From contig JAOAGZ010000004.1 in NCBI GenBank assembly GCA_026415495.1, positions 1 to 59,177 of the forward strand: a stretch of DNA of 59,177 bases. The letters run 5' to 3'. This DNA comes from Ignavibacteria bacterium. GTDB taxonomy: Bacteria > Bacteroidota > Ignavibacteria > Kapaibacteriales > UBA2268. Made by a program: the position numbers and the translations under genes. Position 1 is the stretch's first letter. Each line of letters begins with the position of its first letter. The notes beneath the pieces are model-generated. The model did no database searches. It was not told where the DNA came from and saw nothing but the letters and a program-made list of their open reading frames with translations. Positions 46,849-56,627 of this stretch are shown piece by piece.

Positions 46849-47754
46849 TTAGTAGTTTAAGGTTCCTGCCTGATAAACGCAACCGGGAAGTGTTTTGCCA
46901 AAGAATTCGGAGACTTGTTTTGCTAAATCAACAATTTGAGAAATAATAATATCTTTTCGCAAGTTTAATCTATGCAAGTAATGAAGGAAATCTTCTGTAG
47001 AGACATTGCCTGAAGCAATTTTGGTAAACGGGCAGCCTCCTAATCCTCCGAATGCAGTTTCAAAATATTCGACACCCATTTGCATTGCAACATAGATATT
47101 AGCCATACCGAGACCGTATGTATTATGAAAATGGCAAGTAAGTTCAGCCTTATCGGAACGCTTTTTTATTTCACCGAACAAGTCTTCAACCTGCTGTGGA
47201 TAAGCGTGTCCGGCAGTATCGGCGAGTGAAATTTTGAATAAACCATTTTCTAAATATTTGTCAATGATTGATAAGACGCGTTCTTTGGGCACCCGACCTT
47301 CGAAGCCACATCCAAAAGCACTCTGAACAGACACCTGAACAGCGAAACCGGCGGATTTAGCCTGTTGTGCCATAGACAAAATTCTTTGAAGAGCTTCGGA
47401 AGTAGTCATACCAGTATTTTTTTGGCTGTGGGTTTCGCTTGCAGAAACTCCCATACAAATAAGTTCAACGCCGGAATTGATCGCCCGCTCTAATCCTTTT
47501 TCGTTCAGGACGAGCCCAGAAAAGATTGGGTGCTTCGTGTTTGCATATTTTTGATTGATTTCGAGAAAAAGCTCGTCTGTGTCTGCCATTTGTGGCATTC
47601 TTTGTGGATTAACAAAAGAGCCAATCTGGATAATATCAACATTTGCATTTACTAACTGATCGATCCATTCGAGTTTTTTTTCTTTTGGGACAACGGATTT
47701 CTCCATTTGCAAACCATCACGCATCCCAACTTCGTGAATAAAAATATTTTTCAT
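46849..47754 (-). CDS. Hydroxymethylglutaryl-CoA lyase (DRE-TIM family)
   Basis: EVGMRDGLQ, GSFV.P..MPQMAD, SASETHS, LADTAG, HFHNTYG, GGLGGCPF...SGN.STED. Confidence 0.9.
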   Translation of the reverse strand: MKNIFIHEVGMRDGLQMEKSVVPKEKKLEWIDQLVNANVDIIQIGSFVNPQRMPQMADTDELFLEINQKYANTKHPIFSGLVLNEKGLERAINSGVELICMGVSASETHSQKNTGMTTSEALQRILSMAQQAKSAGFAVQVSVQSAFGCGFEGRVPKERVLSIIDKYLENGLFKISLADTAGHAYPQQVEDLFGEIKKRSDKAELTCHFHNTYGLGMANIYVAMQMGVEYFETAFGGLGGCPFTKIASGNVSTEDFLHYLHRLNLRKDIIISQIVDLAKQVSEFFGKTLPGCVYQAGTLNY

Positions 47755-47845
47755 ACAAATCCTTTTATAATTAACAAACACAAAATATTAAATAAACAAA
47801 TTATTACTAAATTGATAATAGAAATTAATAAAAGTTTGAACAATT

Positions 47846-48703
47846 ATGAAAATTGAAGATACAATATTTATTGATGAAGTTCAAAAAAGATATGAATTAT
47901 TGACTGATACTTATATTAGTCTATACAATAGTGCTTTGAAAAAATTTAAGAATGATACAATTCATGATTTGCGGGTATGTTCAAGAAGAATTATTACATT
48001 GGTAGAATTTATTTTGAGTAAAGTTAATTCAACCTATGGCTTGAATTTAGTAAAAATATTGAAATTCTATTTCAAGAAACTTTCCAAACTCAGAGACATT
48101 CAAATATTGATAGAGAATCACAAAGCAAAGGCAATAAGCAATGAATATTGGTTGTTGTTCATTAATTATTTAAATAAGAAAGAGAAAAGAATTATCAAGA
48201 AGTTGCAGCCGTTATTTACTCAGGAAAATTTAACGGAAATAGAAGGGTTATTTTTCTTTTTTGAATTGGAGTTGCGTAATGCTCTAAAAAATAGGATAAT
48301 TTCGGCTGAAGATTTAATTGGTGCAATTGACGAAAAGTATAAGCAAGCAATGAATAAATTTAAAAATATTGATATAGCGAAAATTGAGACAATTCATAAA
48401 TTTCGAATTAAGTTCAAGAAATTCCGCTATTTATATGAATTTTTGCAACAAATTGTTACTGAAAATAGTATTTCGAGTAAAGAATTAGGGAAATATCAAA
48501 CATTGCTTGGAGATATACAGGATAGCGAAATACTAAATAACTGCATATTAGTATATTTAAAAAAGAGTGAGAAATACAACCAAGCCAGCAAGTTGCTATC
48601 GGATGCAGCTGGGATTAAAACAGCGGCAGTTTTAAAATTTATTGAAAAGAAAGACGATGTCTATAAATTTTGGGAAATAAAGTCAAATGCCGTTCCCAAC
48701 TAA
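47846..48703 (+). CDS. CHAD domain (polyphosphate-binding) protein
   Basis: IHDLRVCSRR, LRDIQI, IHKFRIKFKKFRY, QTLLGDIQD motifs. Confidence 0.85.
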   Translation: MKIEDTIFIDEVQKRYELLTDTYISLYNSALKKFKNDTIHDLRVCSRRIITLVEFILSKVNSTYGLNLVKILKFYFKKLSKLRDIQILIENHKAKAISNEYWLLFINYLNKKEKRIIKKLQPLFTQENLTEIEGLFFFFELELRNALKNRIISAEDLIGAIDEKYKQAMNKFKNIDIAKIETIHKFRIKFKKFRYLYEFLQQIVTENSISSKELGKYQTLLGDIQDSEILNNCILVYLKKSEKYNQASKLLSDAAGIKTAAVLKFIEKKDDVYKFWEIKSNAVPN

Positions 48704-49417
48704 TTTGGAAATATTATCTACGACAGCATCGTTATTTACTTCAAAGCTAAAGATAAAATTCGCCTCGTATTTCTTTAATGCAGTAGGACGGAAACTCACA
48801 ATAAGTTGCCGAGGAGTGCCATTTGCCGGAATAGAAATAGGAAAGCTTTTGGGGCTTAGATTTTCAATTTTAAAAACAGAAGAATCACCAATAATTGAGA
48901 AATTATCAATAAATACTTCACTAGAAGAAAAATTATAGAGATTAAGAGTGCTTAGTTTCATTGACCCCACCTGAACATTTCCAAAATCTAAATCAGAGGA
49001 AAAAATATGTGGAACACGGTAATGAGTAAGCAAAAATGGGCGGAAATATTCCCGGAAGAACAAAGTATCCGTAAAATATCCAAACTTAGATGGATTGACT
49101 GTAAGAACAATGCTATCATTTGATAGCGGAGATAGATTAAGAGTAACTGGATTATTGAACTGGTAGTTGTTTTTATTACCTTTGATAATAATATATTTAA
49201 GCAACAGATATTTATTAGAAAAATTCTCAACTTTTAATGAAATGGATGCACTTTTCCCAAACAAGAGATCATCTAAATCAACATTATCCGGAATAATTGC
49301 AAAAATTGAATCGCCGTTTTTGCGTAAGTCCAAAATCTCACGATTCGCTTGAATATCAATTGGGCTATCGCAAGCGTTTATTGCAAAAGCAAGCAATATA
49401 AACAGCATAATTGACAT
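48683..49417 (-). CDS. Lipoprotein with two Ig-like (ASH/choice-of-anchor D-like) domains
   Basis: Lipobox INAC; LDFGNV.VG, V.F.P and L.GNG motifs. Confidence 0.7.
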   Translation of the reverse strand: MSIMLFILLAFAINACDSPIDIQANREILDLRKNGDSIFAIIPDNVDLDDLLFGKSASISLKVENFSNKYLLLKYIIIKGNKNNYQFNNPVTLNLSPLSNDSIVLTVNPSKFGYFTDTLFFREYFRPFLLTHYRVPHIFSSDLDFGNVQVGSMKLSTLNLYNFSSSEVFIDNFSIIGDSSVFKIENLSPKSFPISIPANGTPRQLIVSFRPTALKKYEANFIFSFEVNNDAVVDNISKLVGNGI

Positions 49418-50598
49418 CAGAATTTAATTGATAGTCCTCCGGATAATCCACTTTTCAGAGATGAATACCATTTATTCTGGAACTCATAGAACAGACCAGT
49501 ATTTTCTAAACCAACAAAAGCATAGATTTTGTTGGATAAGTAATACTTACCGCCAATTATAATTTTAGAAACAGGTCCGATACGAGTTCCGCCAATCATC
49601 CCACGAACAAAAGGGCTAACAGATTTGTAATCTTCGAAAGTGTATTGATAGGATGCCCCTGCCCAAAAAGCAGTGTAGTTTTGTTTTATCAACGAAGGAA
49701 ATTCATCTAAATCGCCTTTGAATTTCTGCACAAAGTCTTCTTGTCCGAGTTCTATCGCAACAGAATTTTTGGTGTCAAGATCATAGATAATTGCAAAACC
49801 AAAATTATTTAGAATTGGTTCGCTAATAGGCTTAACGTTAGTATTCACAAAGTTTTTAGCTTCGAAAAAACGGATTTGCATCGAAAGCTTATCTAAAAAT
49901 TCGGTTTTTGTAAATGCATTTTCGAGAATCTGTGAAAAACGCTTATTGTTGTTGAACAACAAGTTAGAATTGGGCTCGACAAAATTACTTATGTCAATAA
50001 AAAATACATTATTATCAGCGGGTAGATTTGCACCTTCTTCATCAACTTTTGATAGTTCTCTCAATTGAGATGGAACAGGATTGAAGTTTCTCAGAGGAAC
50101 TGATGTTACTTGTGAACTATTGAATTTAGTAAGATGTTTGGGTAGCACTTTATCATCCACACTAAAAGAGCCCGTTTGAGGAATTTCTTTTGGTAAATCA
50201 AATTTCGCAGGAGTTGACGCAAGAGTGGTATTATCTTGCGACTGTTTATTATCAAAGAATTGATAATAAACGAAAGGAATAAGTAGAAGCAAAAGCGAAG
50301 ACAAAATCAAAGTTAATCTTTTATTAAGCAACTTCGAATAAAATGTTTTAGGAACATCAGGTGCTACGGCAGAAGTAGCCCCGATAGCAGCAAAAATATT
50401 TTGTTTCAAAGTCTCTGGTGGCGATAAGAGAGACTTTTTCAAAGTTTGAGAGATAATGATTTGCTGTCGCATCTCTTCCTGCAATTGAGGACTTGACGCC
50501 ATTGTAAGAAACAGGCTTTCGCGTTCGGAGGCGTCAAGTTCACCATCGAGGAAGGCGACAATTTTTTCAGAATAATTAATATTTAGAAAGTCATTCAT
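49417..50598 (-). CDS. Anti-sigma factor with TM and C-terminal outer-membrane beta-barrel-like domain
   Basis: N-terminal I.AFLDGEL...E...L anti-sigma helix, one TM, low-complexity linker, alternating beta strands ending GLSIKF; overlaps the sigma gene stop. Confidence 0.7.
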   Translation of the reverse strand: MNDFLNINYSEKIVAFLDGELDASERESLFLTMASSPQLQEEMRQQIIISQTLKKSLLSPPETLKQNIFAAIGATSAVAPDVPKTFYSKLLNKRLTLILSSLLLLLIPFVYYQFFDNKQSQDNTTLASTPAKFDLPKEIPQTGSFSVDDKVLPKHLTKFNSSQVTSVPLRNFNPVPSQLRELSKVDEEGANLPADNNVFFIDISNFVEPNSNLLFNNNKRFSQILENAFTKTEFLDKLSMQIRFFEAKNFVNTNVKPISEPILNNFGFAIIYDLDTKNSVAIELGQEDFVQKFKGDLDEFPSLIKQNYTAFWAGASYQYTFEDYKSVSPFVRGMIGGTRIGPVSKIIIGGKYYLSNKIYAFVGLENTGLFYEFQNKWYSSLKSGLSGGLSIKF

Positions 50599-51179
50599 TT
50601 TATTTTACCAATTTTGTTTTTTTCATTTTCGTTTAAAAAAGGTGCCAAAAATTCTCTCAGTTTGTTTTTAGCACGAAAGATACGTATTCGAACAACCGGC
50701 ATAGAAACACCGAGAATATCGGCAATTTCCTGATAAGAAAAGTCCATAAACTCGCGCAATACCAAAACTTCCCGGTATTTTTCGGGAAGAGCATCTAATC
50801 CGATATCAACAAGCTCGTTAATTTCTTTATTTTCATAAGATTTGTCGTAATAAGCGAAGTTAAAATTAGAAATATCCAGATGTGTTGAATTTTTTGATTT
50901 TTTTTCGTTAAGGCACAGATTTCTTGCAGTTTTTATCAAGAAGCCAATTACGTTGGTCATATTTTTGGATTTTTTTGAAAATTCATAGAAACGAATAAAT
51001 GTTTCTTGAAAAATGTCGTCCGAAGCTGGTGAGTTATTTAAAATTTTTCTTATATAAGTATAGATTTTCGATGAATATCTATTGTATAATTCTTCGAAAG
51101 CAAGAAACGAGAGTTTGTCTTCTTTTGCCATCAGCAAAAAAAGTTGCTCATCTTTAATATTTTTTAAATCACTATTCAT
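50595..51179 (-). CDS. ECF RNA polymerase sigma factor
   Basis: AFEELYNRY, DIFQETF, ARNLCLN, LP..YREVLVLR...SYQEIADILG...V..RIFRA. Confidence 0.95.
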   Translation of the reverse strand: MNSDLKNIKDEQLFLLMAKEDKLSFLAFEELYNRYSSKIYTYIRKILNNSPASDDIFQETFIRFYEFSKKSKNMTNVIGFLIKTARNLCLNEKKSKNSTHLDISNFNFAYYDKSYENKEINELVDIGLDALPEKYREVLVLREFMDFSYQEIADILGVSMPVVRIRIFRAKNKLREFLAPFLNENEKNKIGKIK

Positions 51180-51300
51180 TTAATAGAAAAACAATCGAAC
51201 AGCATAAAAGTAACAAAAAAATTTCACAAAATTTCAAACTAATAATTCATAAAAAATTGCTAATTTTATTGAATGTTAAATATTTTTCGAATAATTAATA

Positions 51301-52767
51301 ATGGAAATCAGGTTATATAATTCATTAACAAAAAAAGTAGAAAAATTTGCACCAATCAAAGACAATGAAGTAAGGATGTATTCTTGCGGTCCAACAGTTT
51401 ATAATTACGCACATATAGGCAATATGAGAGCATTTTTATTTGCAGATTTTCTGCAAAGGGTATTAAGAGTTGTGGGTGGATATAAGATGCGATGGGTGAT
51501 GAATATAACAGACATAGATGATAAAACGATACGCGATAGTCAGGTTGGTTCTCGAGAGTGGAAGAACGAAATGGGCGAACAAACAGAAGATCCTAAAGAA
51601 AATTTAAGAAAATTCACGGATTATTATTTGAATGCATTTATTGAGGATATTTCGAGGTTAGGCATAAAAAAAGAGCACTTTTATTCTATGCCAAGAGCGA
51701 CGGAATATATTGATGCTATGCAAGAATTGATATTGAAAATAATTAAAAATGGCTTTGCTTATATTTCAGAAGGCTCTGTATATTTTGATGTTTCTGCCTG
51801 GCGAAAAGTTGATGTTTATGGGAAACTATATAAAATTGATTTTGATAATTTCAAAAGCGGATATAGAATTGATACTGATCAATACGAAAGAGAGCAAGCA
51901 AGCGATTTTGTTTTGTGGAAAGCACACAAAGAAGGCGAACCGTACTGGGATTTTTACATAGATGGGACAAACTATCCGGGACGTCCCGGCTGGCATATCG
52001 AATGTTCGTCTATGGAGTATGAGTTATTAGGGTTGCCATTTGACATACATACAGGTGGAGTTGATTTAAAATTCCCGCATCACGAGGATGAAATTGCACA
52101 AAGCAAGGCTGGATATAGCATTGAACCGACAGCGTTTTGGTGCCATAATGAATTTTTAGAAGTAGAAGGCGAAAAGATGAGCAAATCGCTTGGGAATTTC
52201 TTTACTCTCAGAGACTTAATAGGCAAAGGGTTAGACCCAATAGATATTCGTTTTGCAATGCTATCGGCACATTATTCATCAAAATATAATTTTACTTTTG
52301 GTGGAATAAGTGCAGGAAGGAAAGCAAGATTAAAGGTACAGGAATATATTTACGAATTGTGGGATAAAACTGCCGGGATTGCGGATGAAAAAGTTGAAGG
52401 CTTAGCACTTGAATTGCAGAACAGAATATTTACAGAGCTTGCAAATGATTTGCATTCTCCGAAAGCATTAGCAGCGTTGTTTTCGTTCATTAATGAAAAC
52501 GAGGTTGATAAAATTAGTGTGGAAGATGCAAGAAAATTATTAACTGTAATGTCGCAATTAAATGAAATATATGAAGCTTGGGAAATATCTGAACGAAAAG
52601 AAATCAAAGAAGAAATTCCACAAGAAGTGCTAAAATTAGCTGAAGAAAGATTAATGGCGAAAAAAGCAAAGGATTTTAAGCGAGCCGATGAAATCAGAAA
52701 CAAAATATTAGAAATGGGATATTCGATAAAAGACACAAAAGAAGGTTACGAAATATCAAAAGGCTAA
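51301..52767 (+). CDS. cysS: Cysteine--tRNA ligase
   Basis: YSCGPTVY, HIGN, TDIDDK, DFVLWK, GRPGWHIECS, FPHHEDE, KMSKSLGN. Confidence 0.98.
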   Translation: MEIRLYNSLTKKVEKFAPIKDNEVRMYSCGPTVYNYAHIGNMRAFLFADFLQRVLRVVGGYKMRWVMNITDIDDKTIRDSQVGSREWKNEMGEQTEDPKENLRKFTDYYLNAFIEDISRLGIKKEHFYSMPRATEYIDAMQELILKIIKNGFAYISEGSVYFDVSAWRKVDVYGKLYKIDFDNFKSGYRIDTDQYEREQASDFVLWKAHKEGEPYWDFYIDGTNYPGRPGWHIECSSMEYELLGLPFDIHTGGVDLKFPHHEDEIAQSKAGYSIEPTAFWCHNEFLEVEGEKMSKSLGNFFTLRDLIGKGLDPIDIRFAMLSAHYSSKYNFTFGGISAGRKARLKVQEYIYELWDKTAGIADEKVEGLALELQNRIFTELANDLHSPKALAALFSFINENEVDKISVEDARKLLTVMSQLNEIYEAWEISERKEIKEEIPQEVLKLAEERLMAKKAKDFKRADEIRNKILEMGYSIKDTKEGYEISKG

Positions 52768-54725
52768 CTAATTACCTTTCTTACTATTTCGATATTCTCA
52801 ACGCTACCGAATAACAGAATAATATCCCCCGATTGAAGGCGGAAATCAGGAGGGGGATTGATTATAACTTCCGAGGAACGCTGAACAGCGATAATAGCTG
52901 TTGAATATTTGCCGCGTAAATCAGATTCGAGCAAAGATTTGCCGTCAAGGAAAGAATTTTTGTTTACTTTTGTTGCATAAGTTCGATGGTTGCTTAACTT
53001 AGAAAGAAAAACCTTATGTTTGATGGATTTTTTGATATTTCTAAACAGTTCATATCTATTTCCACGAATATAATTAGCGAATTTTTCAATATCTTCGGAA
53101 GGGACATTAAAGATATGCAAAACGCGGGTAAAAATTTCAATGGAAGTTTCAAATTCTTCCGGAATAACTTCATCAACACCCAGAGAATAAAGAGGCTCCA
53201 TTTCTCTGTCGTAGCGAGTTCTAATAATCAGGTAAACATTTGGGTTCATTCTTTTGACAGACTTAGCGATTGCACGTTCAGCAATGGGGTCCGGGATAGT
53301 TGAGACGACGATTTTGGCAGTAGCAATACCAGCTTTGGAAAGAATAAGCTCACGAGTTGCATCACCAAAGATAATTCTTTCTCCTTTTTTGGCTTCTTCT
53401 CTGACGGTTACGGGATTCATTTCAATAACAGAATAAGGGATATTAGCAAACTTAGCAGCGGCGGCTAAGTTTCTTCCGTTTAGTCCAAACCCAATTATTA
53501 TAAGGTGATTACTTAGATTGAAAATATTGTGGATTTCATTATCGATGGATTTATCTTTTTTATATTTTTCTGAAAAATTATTAATCAGAAGCATTCCGAG
53601 TTCAATCATAATAGGATTAATTGTAATAGAAAGAACAGTTGTAGCAAGAAAAAGCTGGTGAGTGAAATCATCGATAAGACCGAATGAAATACCAGTAATT
53701 GCCAAAACGAAAGCAAATTCCCCAATCTGAGCAACTGTCAAGCCGGTTAGAACAGATGCCCGAATGCTTTTGGTGAGCAAGTAAGATGGGATAAATGCAG
53801 AAATGAACTTAATTGTAATTAACAAAAACAGTGCTAAAAGAACAATACCATAATTATGAAGAAGAAAGTTTATATCAAGAAGCATTCCGACAGAAACGAA
53901 GAAAAAGCTTGCAAAAACTTCTTTGAAGGGTTCAATGTTTGATAATGCTTCTTCGCTATATTCAGTTTCAGAAATGACAAGACCGGCAATAAATCCACCA
54001 AGTGCGAGAGAAATTCCGATTAAAGAAGAAATCCATACTGTAATAATGCAAATAGACAAGATGACAAGGATAAACAGTTCTTTGATACGAGTTTTAGCAA
54101 TATGAAAAATCAAATTTGGCATTATATATTTGACAGAAACAAAGATAAAACCGACAATAAACAAAGTTTTTCCCAAAAGGATAATAATTTCTTCCTCAAT
54201 TTTTATTTCTCCACCTACAAGAAGCGGAATGAACAAAAACATTGGCAAAATTGCCAAATCCTGGAAAATTGAAATAGACAAAGAAAGCCTTCCCGACGGG
54301 CTATCGGTGCCTAAACGGTGAGAAATAATTTTCATCACCAAAGCAGTGGAGCTAAGAGCAATTAAAAAACCAATAAAAATTGCCTGATTAAGGTTAAAAT
54401 TCAAAAAAGAAGAGAGAAAAACAGACAATGCAATTGCAATACCAACTTGCAATCCACCACCAACGAACACATTCCGTTTGATAGCGAAAAGTTTAGTTAA
54501 GGAAAATTCTATACCAACAGAAAACAGAATTAATATAACACCTACTTCTGCAATAAGTTGCACCTGAGACAAATCAGAGATAAGCTTCAATCCAAAAGGA
54601 CCGATAAGCATACCTGTGAGCAGAAAACCAACGATAGAAGGTAATTTGAGCTTATGGAACAAAAAAACAACGAAAATCGAAGTGCTAATAATAATTAATA
54701 AGTCTTTTAAAAGATGGTGTTCCAT
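52764..54725 (-). CDS. CPA2 cation:proton antiporter with TrkA-N and TrkA-C domains (KefB/YbaL-like)
   Basis: AEVGV..ILF.VGIEFS, LSSTA, FQD, FFVSVGM, AQIGEFAF; GFGLNG, GDAT; C-terminal RCK-C domain. Confidence 0.9.
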   Translation of the reverse strand: MEHHLLKDLLIIISTSIFVVFLFHKLKLPSIVGFLLTGMLIGPFGLKLISDLSQVQLIAEVGVILILFSVGIEFSLTKLFAIKRNVFVGGGLQVGIAIALSVFLSSFLNFNLNQAIFIGFLIALSSTALVMKIISHRLGTDSPSGRLSLSISIFQDLAILPMFLFIPLLVGGEIKIEEEIIILLGKTLFIVGFIFVSVKYIMPNLIFHIAKTRIKELFILVILSICIITVWISSLIGISLALGGFIAGLVISETEYSEEALSNIEPFKEVFASFFFVSVGMLLDINFLLHNYGIVLLALFLLITIKFISAFIPSYLLTKSIRASVLTGLTVAQIGEFAFVLAITGISFGLIDDFTHQLFLATTVLSITINPIMIELGMLLINNFSEKYKKDKSIDNEIHNIFNLSNHLIIIGFGLNGRNLAAAAKFANIPYSVIEMNPVTVREEAKKGERIIFGDATRELILSKAGIATAKIVVSTIPDPIAERAIAKSVKRMNPNVYLIIRTRYDREMEPLYSLGVDEVIPEEFETSIEIFTRVLHIFNVPSEDIEKFANYIRGNRYELFRNIKKSIKHKVFLSKLSNHRTYATKVNKNSFLDGKSLLESDLRGKYSTAIIAVQRSSEVIINPPPDFRLQSGDIILLFGSVENIEIVRKVIS

Positions 54726-54727
54726 AG

Positions 54728-55621
54728 CTAAAATTTCAAATAGTGCATTAATTTATAAACCAAGCTGGCAGTGGTAAGGTCTGGGAGGTGCAATCCATCG
54801 ATCGGAGCCAGTTCAACAACATCAAAGCCGATGATTTTCTTGTTTTGCTTTTGCATTTCGTAGAAAATATCTAATACTTCAGCATAGAAAAGTCCGTTGG
54901 GTTCGGGAGTGCCTGTTGATGGCATAAGAGAAGGGTCGAAACAATCGACATCGAATGTAACATAAACGTTTTCTGAAAGGGTGTCGGCAACAGCTTTCTG
55001 CCAATTATCACCCCAGATTTTTCTACGAATTTGCCAAGAGTAGAAAGTATTAATATTATTTTGTTTGATAAAATCGGCTTCTTCGATACATTGGGCACGA
55101 ATACCAACCTGAGTAATATTATTAGTGCCAAAAAATTCCACAACCCGATGCATAAAAGAAGCGTGAGAGTATGGATTATCTTCATAATTTTCGCGTAAAT
55201 CTGAATGAGCATCGAAATGCAAAATCGACATATCTGGATATTTTTTGAAGTGCGATTTTATAGGAGCAGTAGAAATTGTGTGTTCGCCACCAAGAGTAAC
55301 CACAAATTTGCCATCAGCAAGGAGTTGATCAACGGTTTGTTCAATCAAATCCAATGCTTCTTTGTCGTATTTTCCATTAAATTCAATTGGGTAAAGCGTT
55401 GCAATACCTTTATCAAAGCAAAGCTGACTGTTAAATTCCTCATCATAAAATTCGACATAGTGAGAAGCAGCAATAATGGCTTCGGGTCCGAGAGAGGTGC
55501 CTTGTCCGTAGCTTGTAGTATGTTCGTAAGGCACTGGGAGAACAACAATTTGAGAGTTGTCATAAGATGAGAAATCTTCTTCAATTGCAAGGAAATTTTC
55601 AGAAATATTCTTAGTTTTCAT
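54728..55621 (-). CDS. speB: Agmatinase (ureohydrolase family)
   Basis: GGEH, HFDAHSD, SHAS, GIR, FDVDCFDP, TGTPEPNG, DVVELAP. Confidence 0.92.
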   Translation of the reverse strand: MKTKNISENFLAIEEDFSSYDNSQIVVLPVPYEHTTSYGQGTSLGPEAIIAASHYVEFYDEEFNSQLCFDKGIATLYPIEFNGKYDKEALDLIEQTVDQLLADGKFVVTLGGEHTISTAPIKSHFKKYPDMSILHFDAHSDLRENYEDNPYSHASFMHRVVEFFGTNNITQVGIRAQCIEEADFIKQNNINTFYSWQIRRKIWGDNWQKAVADTLSENVYVTFDVDCFDPSLMPSTGTPEPNGLFYAEVLDIFYEMQKQNKKIIGFDVVELAPIDGLHLPDLTTASLVYKLMHYLKF

Positions 55622-55699
55622 ATCTATTTGCCAATTTATACAAAATTATATTAACGAAAATGAAGTCTTTATCATTTATTTAATAAATTAATTCAGTAG

Positions 55700-55736
55700 T
55701 TAATTCGTTAAAGATTTTATTTAATTCGTTAAAGAT
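55700..55736 (+). repeat. Perfect 16-bp direct repeat with 21-bp period in the divergent promoter region
   Basis: TTAATTCGTTAAAGAT at 55700-55715 and 55721-55736. Confidence 0.85.
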
Positions 55737-55764
55737 ATGACAAATAAATTAATCTGAGGGAAAA

Positions 55765-56544
55765 ATGAAAAAAGTATTATTTTTATTATTATTTGTATTA
55801 TTAGCTACTTCAAGCATATTAGCGCAAGATGACGAGTTGGATAATTATTCATTCGAAACTGAGCCATTGAAAAGCGAAAGCAATCCTTATTTTTCGGTCG
55901 GAGCTGGTTATCAGCTTACTTTTTTGACGCTAAATTATGATGAACTCAACAAATATGTTGCTGATAAGCTTGGTTTAGATGAGTTTAGCGGAATATTCAC
56001 GTTAGGCGGGGTGCATGGATTTACAGGGTTAGTTGTTATCCCAAACACCCGACTTGGCTTTTATGGAGTAAGTGGGAGCAAAATTTCGGAAAAAGAAAAT
56101 TCTTCTACAAATTTGAAAAGAACTGCTGAACTAAAAGTGGCAATTAACGGTTTTTCGATTGATTATGGAATAGTGCCAATAAAAAGTCTGGCTGTGCTTC
56201 CGGGTGTTAATTTTGGGTGGGGAAATTATATTCTTGAAACAACAGAGACGCCCACTACAATTGACTGGAAAGACGTTGATAACATTATAGTTGGCTCAGC
56301 TAAAATGAACAGAATTGAGAACAAATTTATGATGGTTCAGCCACAATTGAGTATTGAGTATGCGGTTACCAATTTCGCAATGATACGTGCAAATGTTCAT
56401 TATAACCTGACTTTTGATAATCCATTGGTAGATAAAAAATGGACATTTAATAAAGATGCAAAACTGAAAAATACACCAAATAATATGAATAGTAACGGAT
56501 TAGGATTGCAGATAGGCATATACTTAGGATTGTTTAATTATTAA
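55765..56544 (+). CDS. Outer-membrane beta-barrel protein
   Basis: Signal peptide ending AQ, amphipathic beta strands, C-terminal GLQIGIYLGLFNY; GAGGG SD. Confidence 0.7.
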   Translation: MKKVLFLLLFVLLATSSILAQDDELDNYSFETEPLKSESNPYFSVGAGYQLTFLTLNYDELNKYVADKLGLDEFSGIFTLGGVHGFTGLVVIPNTRLGFYGVSGSKISEKENSSTNLKRTAELKVAINGFSIDYGIVPIKSLAVLPGVNFGWGNYILETTETPTTIDWKDVDNIIVGSAKMNRIENKFMMVQPQLSIEYAVTNFAMIRANVHYNLTFDNPLVDKKWTFNKDAKLKNTPNNMNSNGLGLQIGIYLGLFNY

Positions 56545-56627
56545 TTTGTATTTTATTGATTTTTTATTATTTTTGTAGTCTATGAAATATCTATATAACG
56601 AGATTTCATAGGTAAAAATAAGTGTGG

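Noticed and set aside
56580-56611. Imperfect inverted repeat CTATGAAAT...ATTTCATAG in the tRNA leader
   Set aside because: AT-rich and single; it could be a leader hairpin or chance, with no evidence of function.
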